Shown here: positions 11,285 through 20,827 of the stretch, piece by piece | Layout of the letters: every line of letters starts with the position of its first letter | Position numbering within the stretch: position 1 is the first letter of the stretch | Assembly: GCA_965218585.1 (NCBI GenBank) | Contig: CBDCLE010000003.1 | Location: forward strand, 32,001-96,000 | Length of the DNA stretch: 64,000 nucleotides | Origin: Terriglobia bacterium | Lineage (GTDB): Bacteria; Acidobacteriota; Terriglobia; 20CM-2-55-15 | Reading direction: 5' to 3' | The notes under the pieces: model-generated | Database searches by the model: none | The model's input: only the letters and a program-made list of their open reading frames with translations | What the model was told of the DNA's origin: nothing | Made by a program: the position numbers and the translations under genes

Positions 11285-11329
11285 CTACCCACTCCGCCGT
11301 AACAAAAATCGCCATTTATGTTTCTATCC

Positions 11330-11366
11330 GCCTCATCCCAGTCCTCTCACTCTCGAGGGGAGAGGA
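11330..11366. repeat. REP-like hairpin
   Basis: CCTCATCCCAGTCCTCTC...GAGAGGA resembles the common CCCTCACCCCNNCCCTCTCCC...GGGAGAGGG intergenic palindrome. Confidence 0.4.
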
Positions 11367-11500
11367 TTTTGGAGTAGGTGAATACGCCCCAATCGCGAGG
11401 GGAAGCCTCTTCTAACAGGAATATCTGATTCTGCATGGAATGCAGATAGGCACCAGAGGCAAAAACTGAAGTTTTCCGCTATTTTCCTCTGTCTCTGTCC

Positions 11501-12031
11501 CTAGAGGGCTTCGAATTCGGCAATGATCTCGGTCTCACGTGCCACGGTCTGCGTTACCGGAGACCCCTCGACCGCTGCCTTCCAGATCTCGCGTAGGGCC
11601 GCTTCGCTGGCATCGGCCTTGATAAACACTTTGGCTTTGATCGAAGGATAGCCAGGGTTACCTGTCGTGCTGTGGCCAGCCCACTTCAGGATATTGTCAA
11701 AATGACCTTCCAGGGCGATCTCCAGATCGTGAATCTTGATCCCACGCTTGGTGGCATTCAGAACAAACCCGACCGTCATGCAGCTGCCTACAGCCGACAG
11801 CACATGTTCATGGGCGCTGGCGGCCACATCGCTGGCATCCAGCCCCTCTGGTTCGTCCATTTCCACCGAGTGCTTTCTCATGTAGGCTGTGGCCCTGAAC
11901 CCTCCCTTCCATACCACCCGCGACGTCCACGGACCGGTCACGCCTTTCAGGACTTCCGGGTCATCCCGTATCGAGTCCAGGATGGCCTGGAGCTTCTCTG
12001 GACGCAAACCGTTCAGTTCTTTTTCTGCCAT
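11501..12031 (-). CDS. OsmC/Ohr-family protein
   Basis: MDEPEGL, LSAVGSCMTVG, GIKIHDLEI, GSPVTQT (second Cys position is Ser). RBS GGAGG before ATG 12031. Confidence 0.8.
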   Translation of the reverse strand: MAEKELNGLRPEKLQAILDSIRDDPEVLKGVTGPWTSRVVWKGGFRATAYMRKHSVEMDEPEGLDASDVAASAHEHVLSAVGSCMTVGFVLNATKRGIKIHDLEIALEGHFDNILKWAGHSTTGNPGYPSIKAKVFIKADASEAALREIWKAAVEGSPVTQTVARETEIIAEFEAL

Positions 12032-12059
12032 CTCGATCCCCTCCCTTCGTGCATATTGG

Positions 12060-13223
12060 CTAAGCAAACTCCCTGCGCAACCTCTTGGCGGCCTCACTTA
12101 CAGCCTTCAGCTTGAGGTAAGCCGTCTCCGGGGTGTTTACACACCGCTCGGCAAAAGTGCCAAAACCGCAGTCAGGATTCAGATAAATTTTTTCTGGATC
12201 AAAAAAGGCCAGCACTTCTTTAACTTTTCCCACAATGGCCTCCGGTTCTTCTACTTCCTCGGTGCGTGGATTCACCACTCCCAGGCCCAACTCCTTCTCG
12301 TTGCGATATTCCTTGAAGACTTCCAGCTCTCCGGCCCGCGGCGTAGCCATTTCCAACACCAGCTGATCAACGTTCATTTGCATGAGATAAGGCAGTAATG
12401 GTCCGTAGTTACCGCTGAGCAACACGTCTTCTTTCCGGCTCCAGTTTCCCCGGCACACGTGCACGCCTAGTTTAATCCCTTCGATACCCTCCACCGTTTC
12501 GTTCATCAGGCGCACCGCAAACTCTAACTCTTCAGTCGGATCCCTTCGTGAGCCCAGCGCCGCGCACATGAACGTTTCCCCGGCCTCATCGCCATAGACC
12601 ACCTGTGAGAGAGAGGGCTCGTCAAACTGAATGAAGTCCACCCCCAGTTCTGTAAGCGCGGCCACCTCCTGCCGCAGAATCTTGACCACGTCCGTAGCCA
12701 ACTCGTCCTGCGTGGCATACGCCTCGTCCGATAAGCCCTCAAACCAGCTCGAGCGCGTCAGCAAGTAGGGGCCGGGCAGGGTTATCTTCGTCTGACGCGT
12801 TGTATGCTGCTTCAGGTAATCTAGCTCATCCAGCGTCAGGCCTTCCCGTTCGCCGATTTTGTCTACGGCGATCGGGCTTTTGATGGCAAAGGCCGGCACG
12901 TCCAGAGCCCGCAGCACTTCCTCAAAGCTGGCCCTGTCCTTCATGTAGTCCATGAGGTCCGAGAGCTTCATCAGCTTCATGCCTGACACCTTTTCCACCA
13001 CAAAGGAGTAGAAGTTGTCCCGTCTCATCTCGCCGTCAGTGATGATATCCACGTCGGCATCTTCTTGGTATTTGATGGCGGCCAACACTGCTTCGTCGGC
13101 GATGCGGTTAAACTCAGCGCTGGACAGCTCTCGCGCCTGCCGTTGGCGCAAAGCCTGCACCAGCCAAGCTGGCCTAGACCAGCTTCCGACTACCGTGACT
13201 GGAAATAACTTTGTGCGGGTCAC
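12060..13223 (-). CDS. Cobalamin-independent methionine synthase II (core MetE-like) family protein
   Basis: TVVGSWSRP, ITDGEMRR, IQFDEP, zinc ligands HVCRGN and NPDCGFGTF; GAGGAG RBS before GTG. Confidence 0.88.
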   Translation of the reverse strand: MTRTKLFPVTVVGSWSRPAWLVQALRQRQARELSSAEFNRIADEAVLAAIKYQEDADVDIITDGEMRRDNFYSFVVEKVSGMKLMKLSDLMDYMKDRASFEEVLRALDVPAFAIKSPIAVDKIGEREGLTLDELDYLKQHTTRQTKITLPGPYLLTRSSWFEGLSDEAYATQDELATDVVKILRQEVAALTELGVDFIQFDEPSLSQVVYGDEAGETFMCAALGSRRDPTEELEFAVRLMNETVEGIEGIKLGVHVCRGNWSRKEDVLLSGNYGPLLPYLMQMNVDQLVLEMATPRAGELEVFKEYRNEKELGLGVVNPRTEEVEEPEAIVGKVKEVLAFFDPEKIYLNPDCGFGTFAERCVNTPETAYLKLKAVSEAAKRLRREFA

Positions 13224-13410
13224 AAGCAACTCCTCATTTCTACAAAAGTCAGATCAAGAGTCTACACGACAACTCAATGTAGCAAAGGCTTCCAGCTAGC
13301 CTACGGTATGTCTCTTGTTCGGGATGTCCTTCAAGATCCTCCTGCGAGCCGTGATCGGCTAGCAATCGCCTGTGACTATCTCACATTGCGTCATGGACCC
13401 CACGCCAAAC

Positions 13411-13439
13411 ATTGCGAGATGTTTGCGTAGGGTGGGCAA
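13411..13439 (-). promoter_or_regulatory. sigma70-like promoter TTGCCC-N17-CGCAAT (copy 2 of a duplicated element)
   Basis: Minus strand TTGCCC accctacgcaaacatct CGCAAT, about 190 bp upstream of the MetE-like start. Confidence 0.45.
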
Positions 13440-13655
13440 GTTGCTCTGATAAGAAGATCGAGCTCCGGCTTTTTTCTTTAACTTGCCGTTTTGATTGACC
13501 TCAAATCCTACCTGTAGTCTGATTTACCCGATGAAACGCACAGCCGGGACACTACGAAATCATCACACTCCCGGTTAATGACGGTAGGCGCGAAGTCTGG
13601 GCGTCCGAGGGATACCGAACTCGGGCGTCGAGAAAATGCCACAGGAGAACGAGAC

Positions 13656-14610
13656 ATGAGCTCAATGTTTCACCACCTTGTTAGAGCGGGCCGAATAATA
13701 ATATGTGTCGCGGTGTTGTTCACGCTCGTCCCTTTATCCACCAACGCACAGGAAACTGAAGCGCCCGATGAAGGCATCATAAAAGTCACTCTGCTCGGTG
13801 TTGGCGGCGGACCCGAAGGTGGCCTTTTCGGACCCACTGATCTCGGCATCAATATTTCCACGTTGGTTGAGATTGAGGATGTTGCTTTCCTGTTCGATGC
13901 GGGTCGCGGCGCCGCCGAGCAGATAGCCAAGCTTGGCAAGAGTTATTTCGAGAAGGTCGACAAGGTCTATCTCACGCACCTGCATGGCGACCATAATGTG
14001 GGTGTTCCCGACTTGTGGTTGTTCCCGGTTCGAACGAACCAGAGGACAGTACCCCTGCAAGTATTTGGCCCGGCGGGCACCAAAGACATGTCCGATCATA
14101 TATTTGCGGCGTTCGAATACAATATGCTCTATAACAGCAATTTATCCGCCGAAGCTTCGCGTCTCATAGGCACAGACATCACACAAGGTGTCGTGTATAA
14201 CCAGGACGGCATCACGATTACCGCCTTTGACGTGGACCACACTCCTCCCCGTGATCGTGACAATCATGAACAATTTCCGGCCCTGGGGTTCCGCGTAGAC
14301 TACAGTGGCCGTTCCGTTGTCATTTCCGGTGACACACGCTTTTCAGAGAACCTCATCGAATATTCTCAGGGTGTCGACGTGCTCATTCATGAGGTTGGCG
14401 GCGGCGGTGGTGGTGGCCGAGGCGGCTGAGCTGTTTAACCGCGTGCAACCAAAACTGGCGGTCTATTCCCATATTTTCATTGGCCAAGATCAACGTCTGA
14501 CGGACCAAACTCGGAACGCCAATTATGAAGGCCCTCTCTTGGTTGGCCATGAAATGGATGTCATCATGATTGGTGAAGACGTCACCACAACACGCTTGGG
14601 GGACAATTGA
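13656..14610 (+). pseudogene. Secreted MBL-fold hydrolase (RNase Z/arylsulfatase-like), frameshift or deletion at the Gly repeat near 14400-14425
   Basis: VTLLG, FDAGRG, THLHGDH, FDVDH, ISGDT, LIHEV; continues in another frame as AEAAELFNRVQPKLAVYSH. Confidence 0.8.
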
Positions 14611-15650
14611 TCTTGGGTCACTTTTTCAGGAGACATGGTCTTTGCGTGGGAATGTGGTTGCTGCTATCGCCGGCCGTCACGTTCGCGCACCATTCAATAG
14701 ATGCGTTTTTCGATCGAGCCACAGTTTCGGAGCTGGAGGGCACGATAACGCAGATCGTCTGGCGGAATCCACACGTCGGCTTTGTGCTTCTAACGGGTAG
14801 CGGAGCCAGTGGCGAGCAATGGGCGCTCCACGGTGCGGCGATAAATAGGTTGGAGCGGGGCGGTATTGCTCAAGAAGTTTTTGGTGTCGGTGACCGAGTT
14901 CGCGTAGCGGGCTGGCCCGACAAGCGCGGCAGGAACGCGATGTTCGTGACGAACATGCTTTTACCCGGCGGTAACGAGTTACGGATGTATCCTGGCCGTG
15001 GGCAGCCGGCGAGGTGGACCGAAGACAGGGAGTCCGGGGAGATCGACATCGTTGACCTATCAGATTCCGAGAGTCGCGGCCGAGGTATCTTCCGGGTCTG
15101 GACTCTGGATGGACCCTTTCGAAACAGTACCCGGGAGCCACTGGTACTTACGGAGGCAGCTGTAACCGCAAGAGAGGCTTGGGATCCTCTGACTGACGAT
15201 CCTTCGCTTCGCTGTGTTCCGCCCGGTCTGCCGAACGCCATGCTCAGTCCCTTTCCTTTCGAGTTTATCGACAGGGGAGACACCATTCGCATGCGCGTTG
15301 AAGAATGGGACGCAATACGCACCATACATATGACATCAGAGCAAGACCCTGAAGATGTGATGCCCAGCCCCATGGGTCATTCAGTTGGAAGATGGGAAGG
15401 GCGCACACTGGTTGTAGACACGAGCCGCATCAATTGGCCGCTTCTCGACGGCGATGGAACCCCGCAGAGCGAAGATGTAAAGATAGTAGAGAGATTCACG
15501 CTGAGCGAAGACGAAAGCCACTTAAGCTTCGAAATCACAGCAACCGATCCTCGGTACATGGCGGAACCCGCAATCTGGGATCTGCGTTACGTTTGGAATC
15601 CGAACGTCGACATCAAGCCTTTCGATTGCGCATTCGAACCGGCAAACTAA
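14607..15650 (+). CDS. DUF6152-family secreted protein with C-terminal partner domain
   Basis: FAHHSIDAFFD, WRNPH, CVPPGLP, GHSVGRWEGRTLVVDT, PFDC. Confidence 0.8.
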   Translation: MILGHFFRRHGLCVGMWLLLSPAVTFAHHSIDAFFDRATVSELEGTITQIVWRNPHVGFVLLTGSGASGEQWALHGAAINRLERGGIAQEVFGVGDRVRVAGWPDKRGRNAMFVTNMLLPGGNELRMYPGRGQPARWTEDRESGEIDIVDLSDSESRGRGIFRVWTLDGPFRNSTREPLVLTEAAVTAREAWDPLTDDPSLRCVPPGLPNAMLSPFPFEFIDRGDTIRMRVEEWDAIRTIHMTSEQDPEDVMPSPMGHSVGRWEGRTLVVDTSRINWPLLDGDGTPQSEDVKIVERFTLSEDESHLSFEITATDPRYMAEPAIWDLRYVWNPNVDIKPFDCAFEPAN

Positions 15651-15679
15651 CGCGCCTTGAAAAGCGGGCTAAGGGGAGT

Positions 15680-16117
15680 TCACTGCGATGACGTGTCGGG
15701 GAGTCCGCGCATACGCGCCACCACACGGTCGAGACTCAGCATACCCGACCCCCTGGAAGCCACGTACAGGAAGAAGAAGCAGTTGAAGATTGCAGACTCG
15801 CCGAGGATGATCGGCGGTCGGTAGATGGGCAGGATCGCGAACGGGTACTGCCGCAGGAAGTATGCAGCGGCCATGTGCCCGCTGCAGATGAACGCGGCCG
15901 AACTCGCATAGAGGCCAGTCATGATCATGAAACCGCCGATCGTCTCGATGACTCCGGAGACGCCCAGTAGCGAAAGCGGTTCGACCGGTCCTCCACCGCG
16001 CGCGCCTGGCGGCCACCCGAACAGTTTCGTAGTCCCGTGCATCCAGTACATCATCCCGACGACGATGCGCGTCGTGGCGTAGATCAGTTCCGAGTACCTG
16101 TTGAGGAATCTATCCAC
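15680..16117 (-). CDS. DoxX-family membrane protein
   Basis: RIVVGMMYWMHGTTKLFG, SGHMAAAYF, GSGMLSLD; four hydrophobic segments. Confidence 0.85.
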   Translation of the reverse strand: MDRFLNRYSELIYATTRIVVGMMYWMHGTTKLFGWPPGARGGGPVEPLSLLGVSGVIETIGGFMIMTGLYASSAAFICSGHMAAAYFLRQYPFAILPIYRPPIILGESAIFNCFFFLYVASRGSGMLSLDRVVARMRGLPDTSSQ

Positions 16118-16240
16118 AGGCGAAGGTATGGTGTACCAAGTGATGGCTCGTTAAGTTTATTCGTTTTCCGAACGACGTTCTCGGATGCGTTCGACCTCGT
16201 TATCGTATAACTCGCCCGGCAGGGAGCGAACTGGGGCCCT

Positions 16241-17515
16241 CTACCAGACTCCCGGCCACGGCTTGCCCACCAGGAATTCCGGATCGGCGCCTTCCCGGGG
16301 CCGGAACTTCTGGATCCGGCCGTTGTTCACAGAGGCCGTGTAAAAATTGCCCTCCTGGTCGGTGGACATTCCGTGCACGCCCCACATACCGCCCGGATAC
16401 TCACCCCAGCTGCCCCAGGAGTATACGAAGTGCCCCTCCAGGTCATAGCCCAAAATCTTGTGCGTACCCTGATCCGCCGCCCACAGCTTCTGGTCGCTGG
16501 TGACGATGAAGCTGTGAATGTCCATCGGCGGGCGCGGGCCGAAATTCCACTCGTCCAGGTAATTACCGTCCTCGTCGAAGACCTGGACCCGACTGTTGTC
16601 GCGATCGTTGACGTACACCCGCCGCGTCGTGGGGTCAACGGCGATGCCGTGCACGTTGTTCCAGTAGCCGGGCCGGGTCTCGTTCGGCGGGTCGCTGCCC
16701 CGCTCGCCCCACTGCCCAAGGATGTTGCCGTCCATGTCGTACTTGATGACCCGCGTGTTGTCGTACCCGTCGGCCAGGTACATCGTGTTCTTATCCATAA
16801 ACGTCAGAAACGTCGGACGGCGGAGATGATTGTCGTCTTCGCCCGGCTCGCCCGGGACGCCCAGCGTGAGGACCAACTCGCTGCCATCGTTGGTGAATTT
16901 GTGAACCGCATGCCCGTCCGCGTCCACAATCCACACGTGCTTTTCCGGATCGTAAGGGCTGATCTCCACGTCGTGCGGCCGGTACCAGATATCGTCCCAT
17001 TGCGTCCACTCTTCCACGATGTTACCTTCGGCATCCACGACGAGGACACTGTGCTCCCACCGCCAGTCAATGCCCGGTCTGCCCACACCTTCCGCCTCCA
17101 GCCGGTCCCCGTTCGGGATAGAGAGGCCGGCCTGCCGCAGCGGCAGCCGGAAGACGGGGAATTGCAGACCTGCTCCGATCTCGGGTAGCCATACGCTCTG
17201 CGGCCTCTCGTCAAAGAGTGGCAATTCGCCTTTCTGCACCATGAACACCCGGTCCGGGCTTTCGGCAAAGACGTCCATGACAACCGAATAGGTCCAGCCC
17301 TCGTGCCCGGGAAGGCTCTCCGACATCGGTTTCGGCCAGTTCTCGACGACTTCGTACGGCCCGAACATGTCCTGACCGCCTTTCAGTCCCGGAACTGCTG
17401 CGAATCCGGTACCCGCCGGCTGTTGCGCCTCGGCGTCGCCCATTCGGTTGCCCAGCAGGACGATCACCAGGAGACCGCCAAAGATTGCCGCGATCGTTAG
17501 AATACGTTTGTTCAT
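16241..17515 (-). CDS. NHL-repeat beta-propeller, peptidyl-alpha-hydroxyglycine lyase (PAL)-like
   Basis: RPHDVEI, LADGYDNTRVIKYD, VHGIAVD, VNDRDNSRVQVFD; N-terminal signal. Confidence 0.8.
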   Translation of the reverse strand: MNKRILTIAAIFGGLLVIVLLGNRMGDAEAQQPAGTGFAAVPGLKGGQDMFGPYEVVENWPKPMSESLPGHEGWTYSVVMDVFAESPDRVFMVQKGELPLFDERPQSVWLPEIGAGLQFPVFRLPLRQAGLSIPNGDRLEAEGVGRPGIDWRWEHSVLVVDAEGNIVEEWTQWDDIWYRPHDVEISPYDPEKHVWIVDADGHAVHKFTNDGSELVLTLGVPGEPGEDDNHLRRPTFLTFMDKNTMYLADGYDNTRVIKYDMDGNILGQWGERGSDPPNETRPGYWNNVHGIAVDPTTRRVYVNDRDNSRVQVFDEDGNYLDEWNFGPRPPMDIHSFIVTSDQKLWAADQGTHKILGYDLEGHFVYSWGSWGEYPGGMWGVHGMSTDQEGNFYTASVNNGRIQKFRPREGADPEFLVGKPWPGVW

Positions 17516-17941
17516 GATTTGCCTCCGCTAAACACTCCCCGTTTGAAGCGAACTCGGGATAGATCGGTCGATGTAGATTCTTATTCTTCTTCCGGGTGCT
17601 GCATCTCATCGCTCATCGAATGACAGCGCTCGGCCGAAACCAAGCGGTATAAGAAGCATTCGCGATGGAGAAGGGGTAAGTGTATGGCGATTTCGGGGGC
17701 CCCAGCAAGAGGAATGCGATCCACCGCATCAACTGAAGAGTCAAGAGTGCCTCAGGTAGCAGGGAGATCGGCGGCTTGTAATACGCTCACTCTGCTATGG
17801 GTCGCCTCAACTTGACAATGCCCGTACAGCGCTTCAATATCGTCACAAATTAGCAGCGACAGTCATGAGAGAGTCCGTTGCCCGGAGTCGTGGCCGACGG
17901 ACTCGATCGCAAACCCTAACCTTCGCAGAAGAGGTCGTATC

Positions 17942-19237
17942 ATGAGGGGAAATTCGACGATTTGGACCGTGCTCGCCCTGATGGCCTGCACGGCGTTCAC
18001 AATCTCGTGTTCGAACAGTGAAGCCCAGGCGCAAACCGAGCCCAGCTACCTTTTCGATCCTACCTGGCCGCAGCCGCTTCCGGACAACTGGAAGATGGGC
18101 GGCGTCACCGGTCTTGCCGTCGACAGCAACGGTGACGTCTGGGCGCTGACCCGCCCGAACGACCTGACTTCCATCGAATTGCAGGCCGAACTCACGCCTC
18201 CGATATCGGCGTGCTGCGTGCGGTCTCCGACGATGATTCATTTCGACAAAGAAGGTCGTGTCATCGGCTCCTTCAATGCGCCGCAGGGTCACGGAATGGA
18301 TGTGGACGATGAGGGATTCGTCTACATCGGGCAGGACACGGTCCGCAAATACGATCCGCAGACCGGCCAGGTCGTTGCCGAAGTAGCGCGGACACCGGAA
18401 CGGGAGAACGGCGCCCCTGTTGGGCTTCGCCCGCTGCCCGAACCTGTGCCGGGTCAAGGATCGGCCGGTGCCGTCTATAGGTTCCTGCCACCGCCCGCAA
18501 GGCCGGCTCCGCCCCGCGACCCTGAAGCTGCCCGAAGGGCAGGGGAGGCGCGCGCCGCGTTTCGCGAAGAGTATCCACCGGAGACTCCGATGATCGTGGG
18601 TGGCCTCGAAGAAATCAGGATCATCGAAGCCGACAACGAGATGTACGTCGCAGACAATTATTTGGGTGGGCGGGTGCTCGTCTTTGCTCTGGATACATTC
18701 GAGTTCAAACGAGGATGGGGCGCCTATGGTAAACCGCTGGCCGAGATCAGCACCGACGACGCCGATCATGCCTATACGCCCAACGGCCCGACGCCGCAGG
18801 ACTTCGCGGGCCATCTGACGCTGAATGTTTCCAATGACGGGCTCGTGTACGCGGCAGACCGGAACGCCAACCGCATTCACGTCACTACCAAAGAAGGCGA
18901 ATTTCTCGAAGAGTTTATGGTCGCACCCGGCACGGGCGCTGGCGGCTCCACCGGCGGCGTGGCGTTCTCGCCCGACCCCGAGCAGCAGTTTCTTTACATC
19001 TCAGATCTCACGAACAATAAGATCTGGTTCTTGAACCGCGAGGACGGTACCGTCGTGGGCGAAATGGGCGGCATGGGAGAGAACGGCGGCCAGTTCTTCG
19101 GTCTGCACATGATCGCTGTGGACCCGGACGGCAACATCTACACCGGTGAGGTTTTCGCCGGCGAACGCGTGCAACGATTCGTGCCGGGCGATAGCCCGAG
19201 GGGAGAATTGCTCCAGCAATTGTCCGAGATGCAGTAG
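17942..19237 (+). CDS. NHL-repeat beta-propeller lipoprotein-like protein
   Basis: DPTWPQPLPDNW, GLAVD, GHGMDVD, ADRNANRI, LHMIAVDPDGNIYTGEV. Confidence 0.8.
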   Translation: MRGNSTIWTVLALMACTAFTISCSNSEAQAQTEPSYLFDPTWPQPLPDNWKMGGVTGLAVDSNGDVWALTRPNDLTSIELQAELTPPISACCVRSPTMIHFDKEGRVIGSFNAPQGHGMDVDDEGFVYIGQDTVRKYDPQTGQVVAEVARTPERENGAPVGLRPLPEPVPGQGSAGAVYRFLPPPARPAPPRDPEAARRAGEARAAFREEYPPETPMIVGGLEEIRIIEADNEMYVADNYLGGRVLVFALDTFEFKRGWGAYGKPLAEISTDDADHAYTPNGPTPQDFAGHLTLNVSNDGLVYAADRNANRIHVTTKEGEFLEEFMVAPGTGAGGSTGGVAFSPDPEQQFLYISDLTNNKIWFLNREDGTVVGEMGGMGENGGQFFGLHMIAVDPDGNIYTGEVFAGERVQRFVPGDSPRGELLQQLSEMQ

Positions 19238-19280
19238 CGCACCGTCTGGGCGTCGTTCCCTCGATCAGGTCGCCGCTGGA

Positions 19281-20312
19281 CTAGGGACCCGTCAAGAGTT
19301 GGTAGGCCTCCGCGATCAGGTTAACTCTACGCTCCTCATAAAGGAGCCAGTTTTCGTGGTCGGGAAAAGAGAGGTTCTCGCGCATATCTTCCAGGCTTCT
19401 TCCTTCGGCGATCCCGCTGGCAACGGCCGCCTCGAGCGCTCGAAGAAAATCAAGATAGAGCATCAAATCGGCTTTTTCTCCAACGATATTGCCGTGGCCC
19501 GCAACGAGAATGTCAAAATCCAGCTCCTGAACCCTGGCATTTGCGTCCACGTACCGATCGACAGGATAACCGTTTAAGCTCACTGGAAAGCGTTGCACGT
19601 GAAGGAGATCTACGCCGAAGACCGTCCGCTCCTCAGGGAATAGCAAGACGGTCATGTCGTCGGAGTGAGCGGGATCCGGGTGTATCAAATCCACCCTGCT
19701 GCCCCCCAGTGTGATGCTCATCCGGGTCGAGTACACGATGTCCGGTCTGGGTGTATCGGCATTGATTTCCACACCCGTGATGCTGTCGTCCTCATCCCTG
19801 TCGTACTTGTCGAAGTTGCCGGGGTATCCCGGGTCCGTTGCCTCAGCCCTTTCGATTCTTCCGTTTCCGTTCCGGTCCATCTGGCCTGCATTGCTGGGGA
19901 AGGGAGCATCCAGAGCAGTCACCACGTTTTCGTGCGCAACGAACGTGGCCGTGTCGGCAAACACGTTGCCGCCTGTGGAGTGTTCCGGGTGATGGTGACT
20001 ATAGATCACATACGTCACGGTGGAACCGAAGCGGTCTCGAAGCTCCGTCTTGAGCCACTCGGCGAACTCGACGCCGATAGGGTCGGCCAGGATGACGCCT
20101 TCAGGTGTTACCAGGAACACCGTGTTGTGGATGGCATCCCGTCCTTCATAGAGGTTGCCGGCGATGTTGATGATTTCGCCTGGGGGGTCTACTTCTTCGA
20201 CTGGATTCACCGGGGTATCGACTTGCGGGGCGCAAGCGGACGCTATTAACGCAACGCACGGAACTCTCACCCAGCGGATCAGTCTATCGAACATGACCTT
20301 TCCCGATGACAT
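19281..20312 (-). CDS. MBL-fold hydrolase lipoprotein with paired EF-hand insertion
   Basis: ASAC lipobox-like, SHHHPEH, AHSDD, VAGHG; loops DRNGNGRIERAE and DRDEDDSITGVE. Confidence 0.8.
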   Translation of the reverse strand: MSSGKVMFDRLIRWVRVPCVALIASACAPQVDTPVNPVEEVDPPGEIINIAGNLYEGRDAIHNTVFLVTPEGVILADPIGVEFAEWLKTELRDRFGSTVTYVIYSHHHPEHSTGGNVFADTATFVAHENVVTALDAPFPSNAGQMDRNGNGRIERAEATDPGYPGNFDKYDRDEDDSITGVEINADTPRPDIVYSTRMSITLGGSRVDLIHPDPAHSDDMTVLLFPEERTVFGVDLLHVQRFPVSLNGYPVDRYVDANARVQELDFDILVAGHGNIVGEKADLMLYLDFLRALEAAVASGIAEGRSLEDMRENLSFPDHENWLLYEERRVNLIAEAYQLLTGP

Positions 20313-20801
20313 CTAGCGAGTTGGCACCCAGGTCCGCATCGCCTCCATATGGAGCGAGTCGGGACCGATCTCGACGAGCTCGATTCTCGCACCGCCGGGA
20401 CCGAAGACGTTCGTGAGAAGCGCGTTTGTTGAACCGGAACGCGGCTGCTCGGCCTCCAGGCCCTCCGACCCGAGCCTCCGGACCGTTGCTTCCAGATCGT
20501 CGACTTGTATACCGACGTGCGTGAACCCGGCCGGACGATCCGGATTGGCAGGCTGGATTTCCAGGAACGTGTCACGATTTATGTGGAGATAAGTGAGGCG
20601 TGGAGTGCCATCGGGCGCGCTGATGGCGAATGCTTCGCGAAAGCCCATTGTCTCCGTGTAGAAGTTGATCGCTTCGTCGAAGTTGTCGACGCTGATCCCG
20701 ACGTGATTCAATGCCTGATCGCCCTGCTGCTGTGCAGCAGTGGGTTGTATCACCAGGATGCCGACGAGCACCCCCATTAGAAATAGCGCTAAGCCACGCA
20801 T
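20313..20801 (-). CDS. Secreted VOC/glyoxalase-family protein
   Basis: LNHVGISV, FYTETMGF, FLEI, THVGIQVDD, GARIELVE. Confidence 0.85.
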   Translation of the reverse strand: MRGLALFLMGVLVGILVIQPTAAQQQGDQALNHVGISVDNFDEAINFYTETMGFREAFAISAPDGTPRLTYLHINRDTFLEIQPANPDRPAGFTHVGIQVDDLEATVRRLGSEGLEAEQPRSGSTNALLTNVFGPGGARIELVEIGPDSLHMEAMRTWVPTR

Positions 20802-20827
20802 CTGAACCTCCTAAAAGCTTGTAAGTG

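Larger units (their letters stand above)
7697..11315 (-). pseudogene. Two-domain rhodanese/sulfurtransferase interrupted by IS701 and IS256
   Basis: Removing both IS plus one TSD each restores MAIFVTAEWVEEQVDSSAIRLLDPRRPMKYLQGHL...EKREVFYKPV...GHIPKA...YCRTGLRAS...LYDGSYAEW. Confidence 0.9.

Noticed and set aside
13224-13410. SAM or cobalamin riboswitch upstream of the MetE-like gene
   Set aside because: No recognisable aptamer core by eye; an Rfam scan would be needed.
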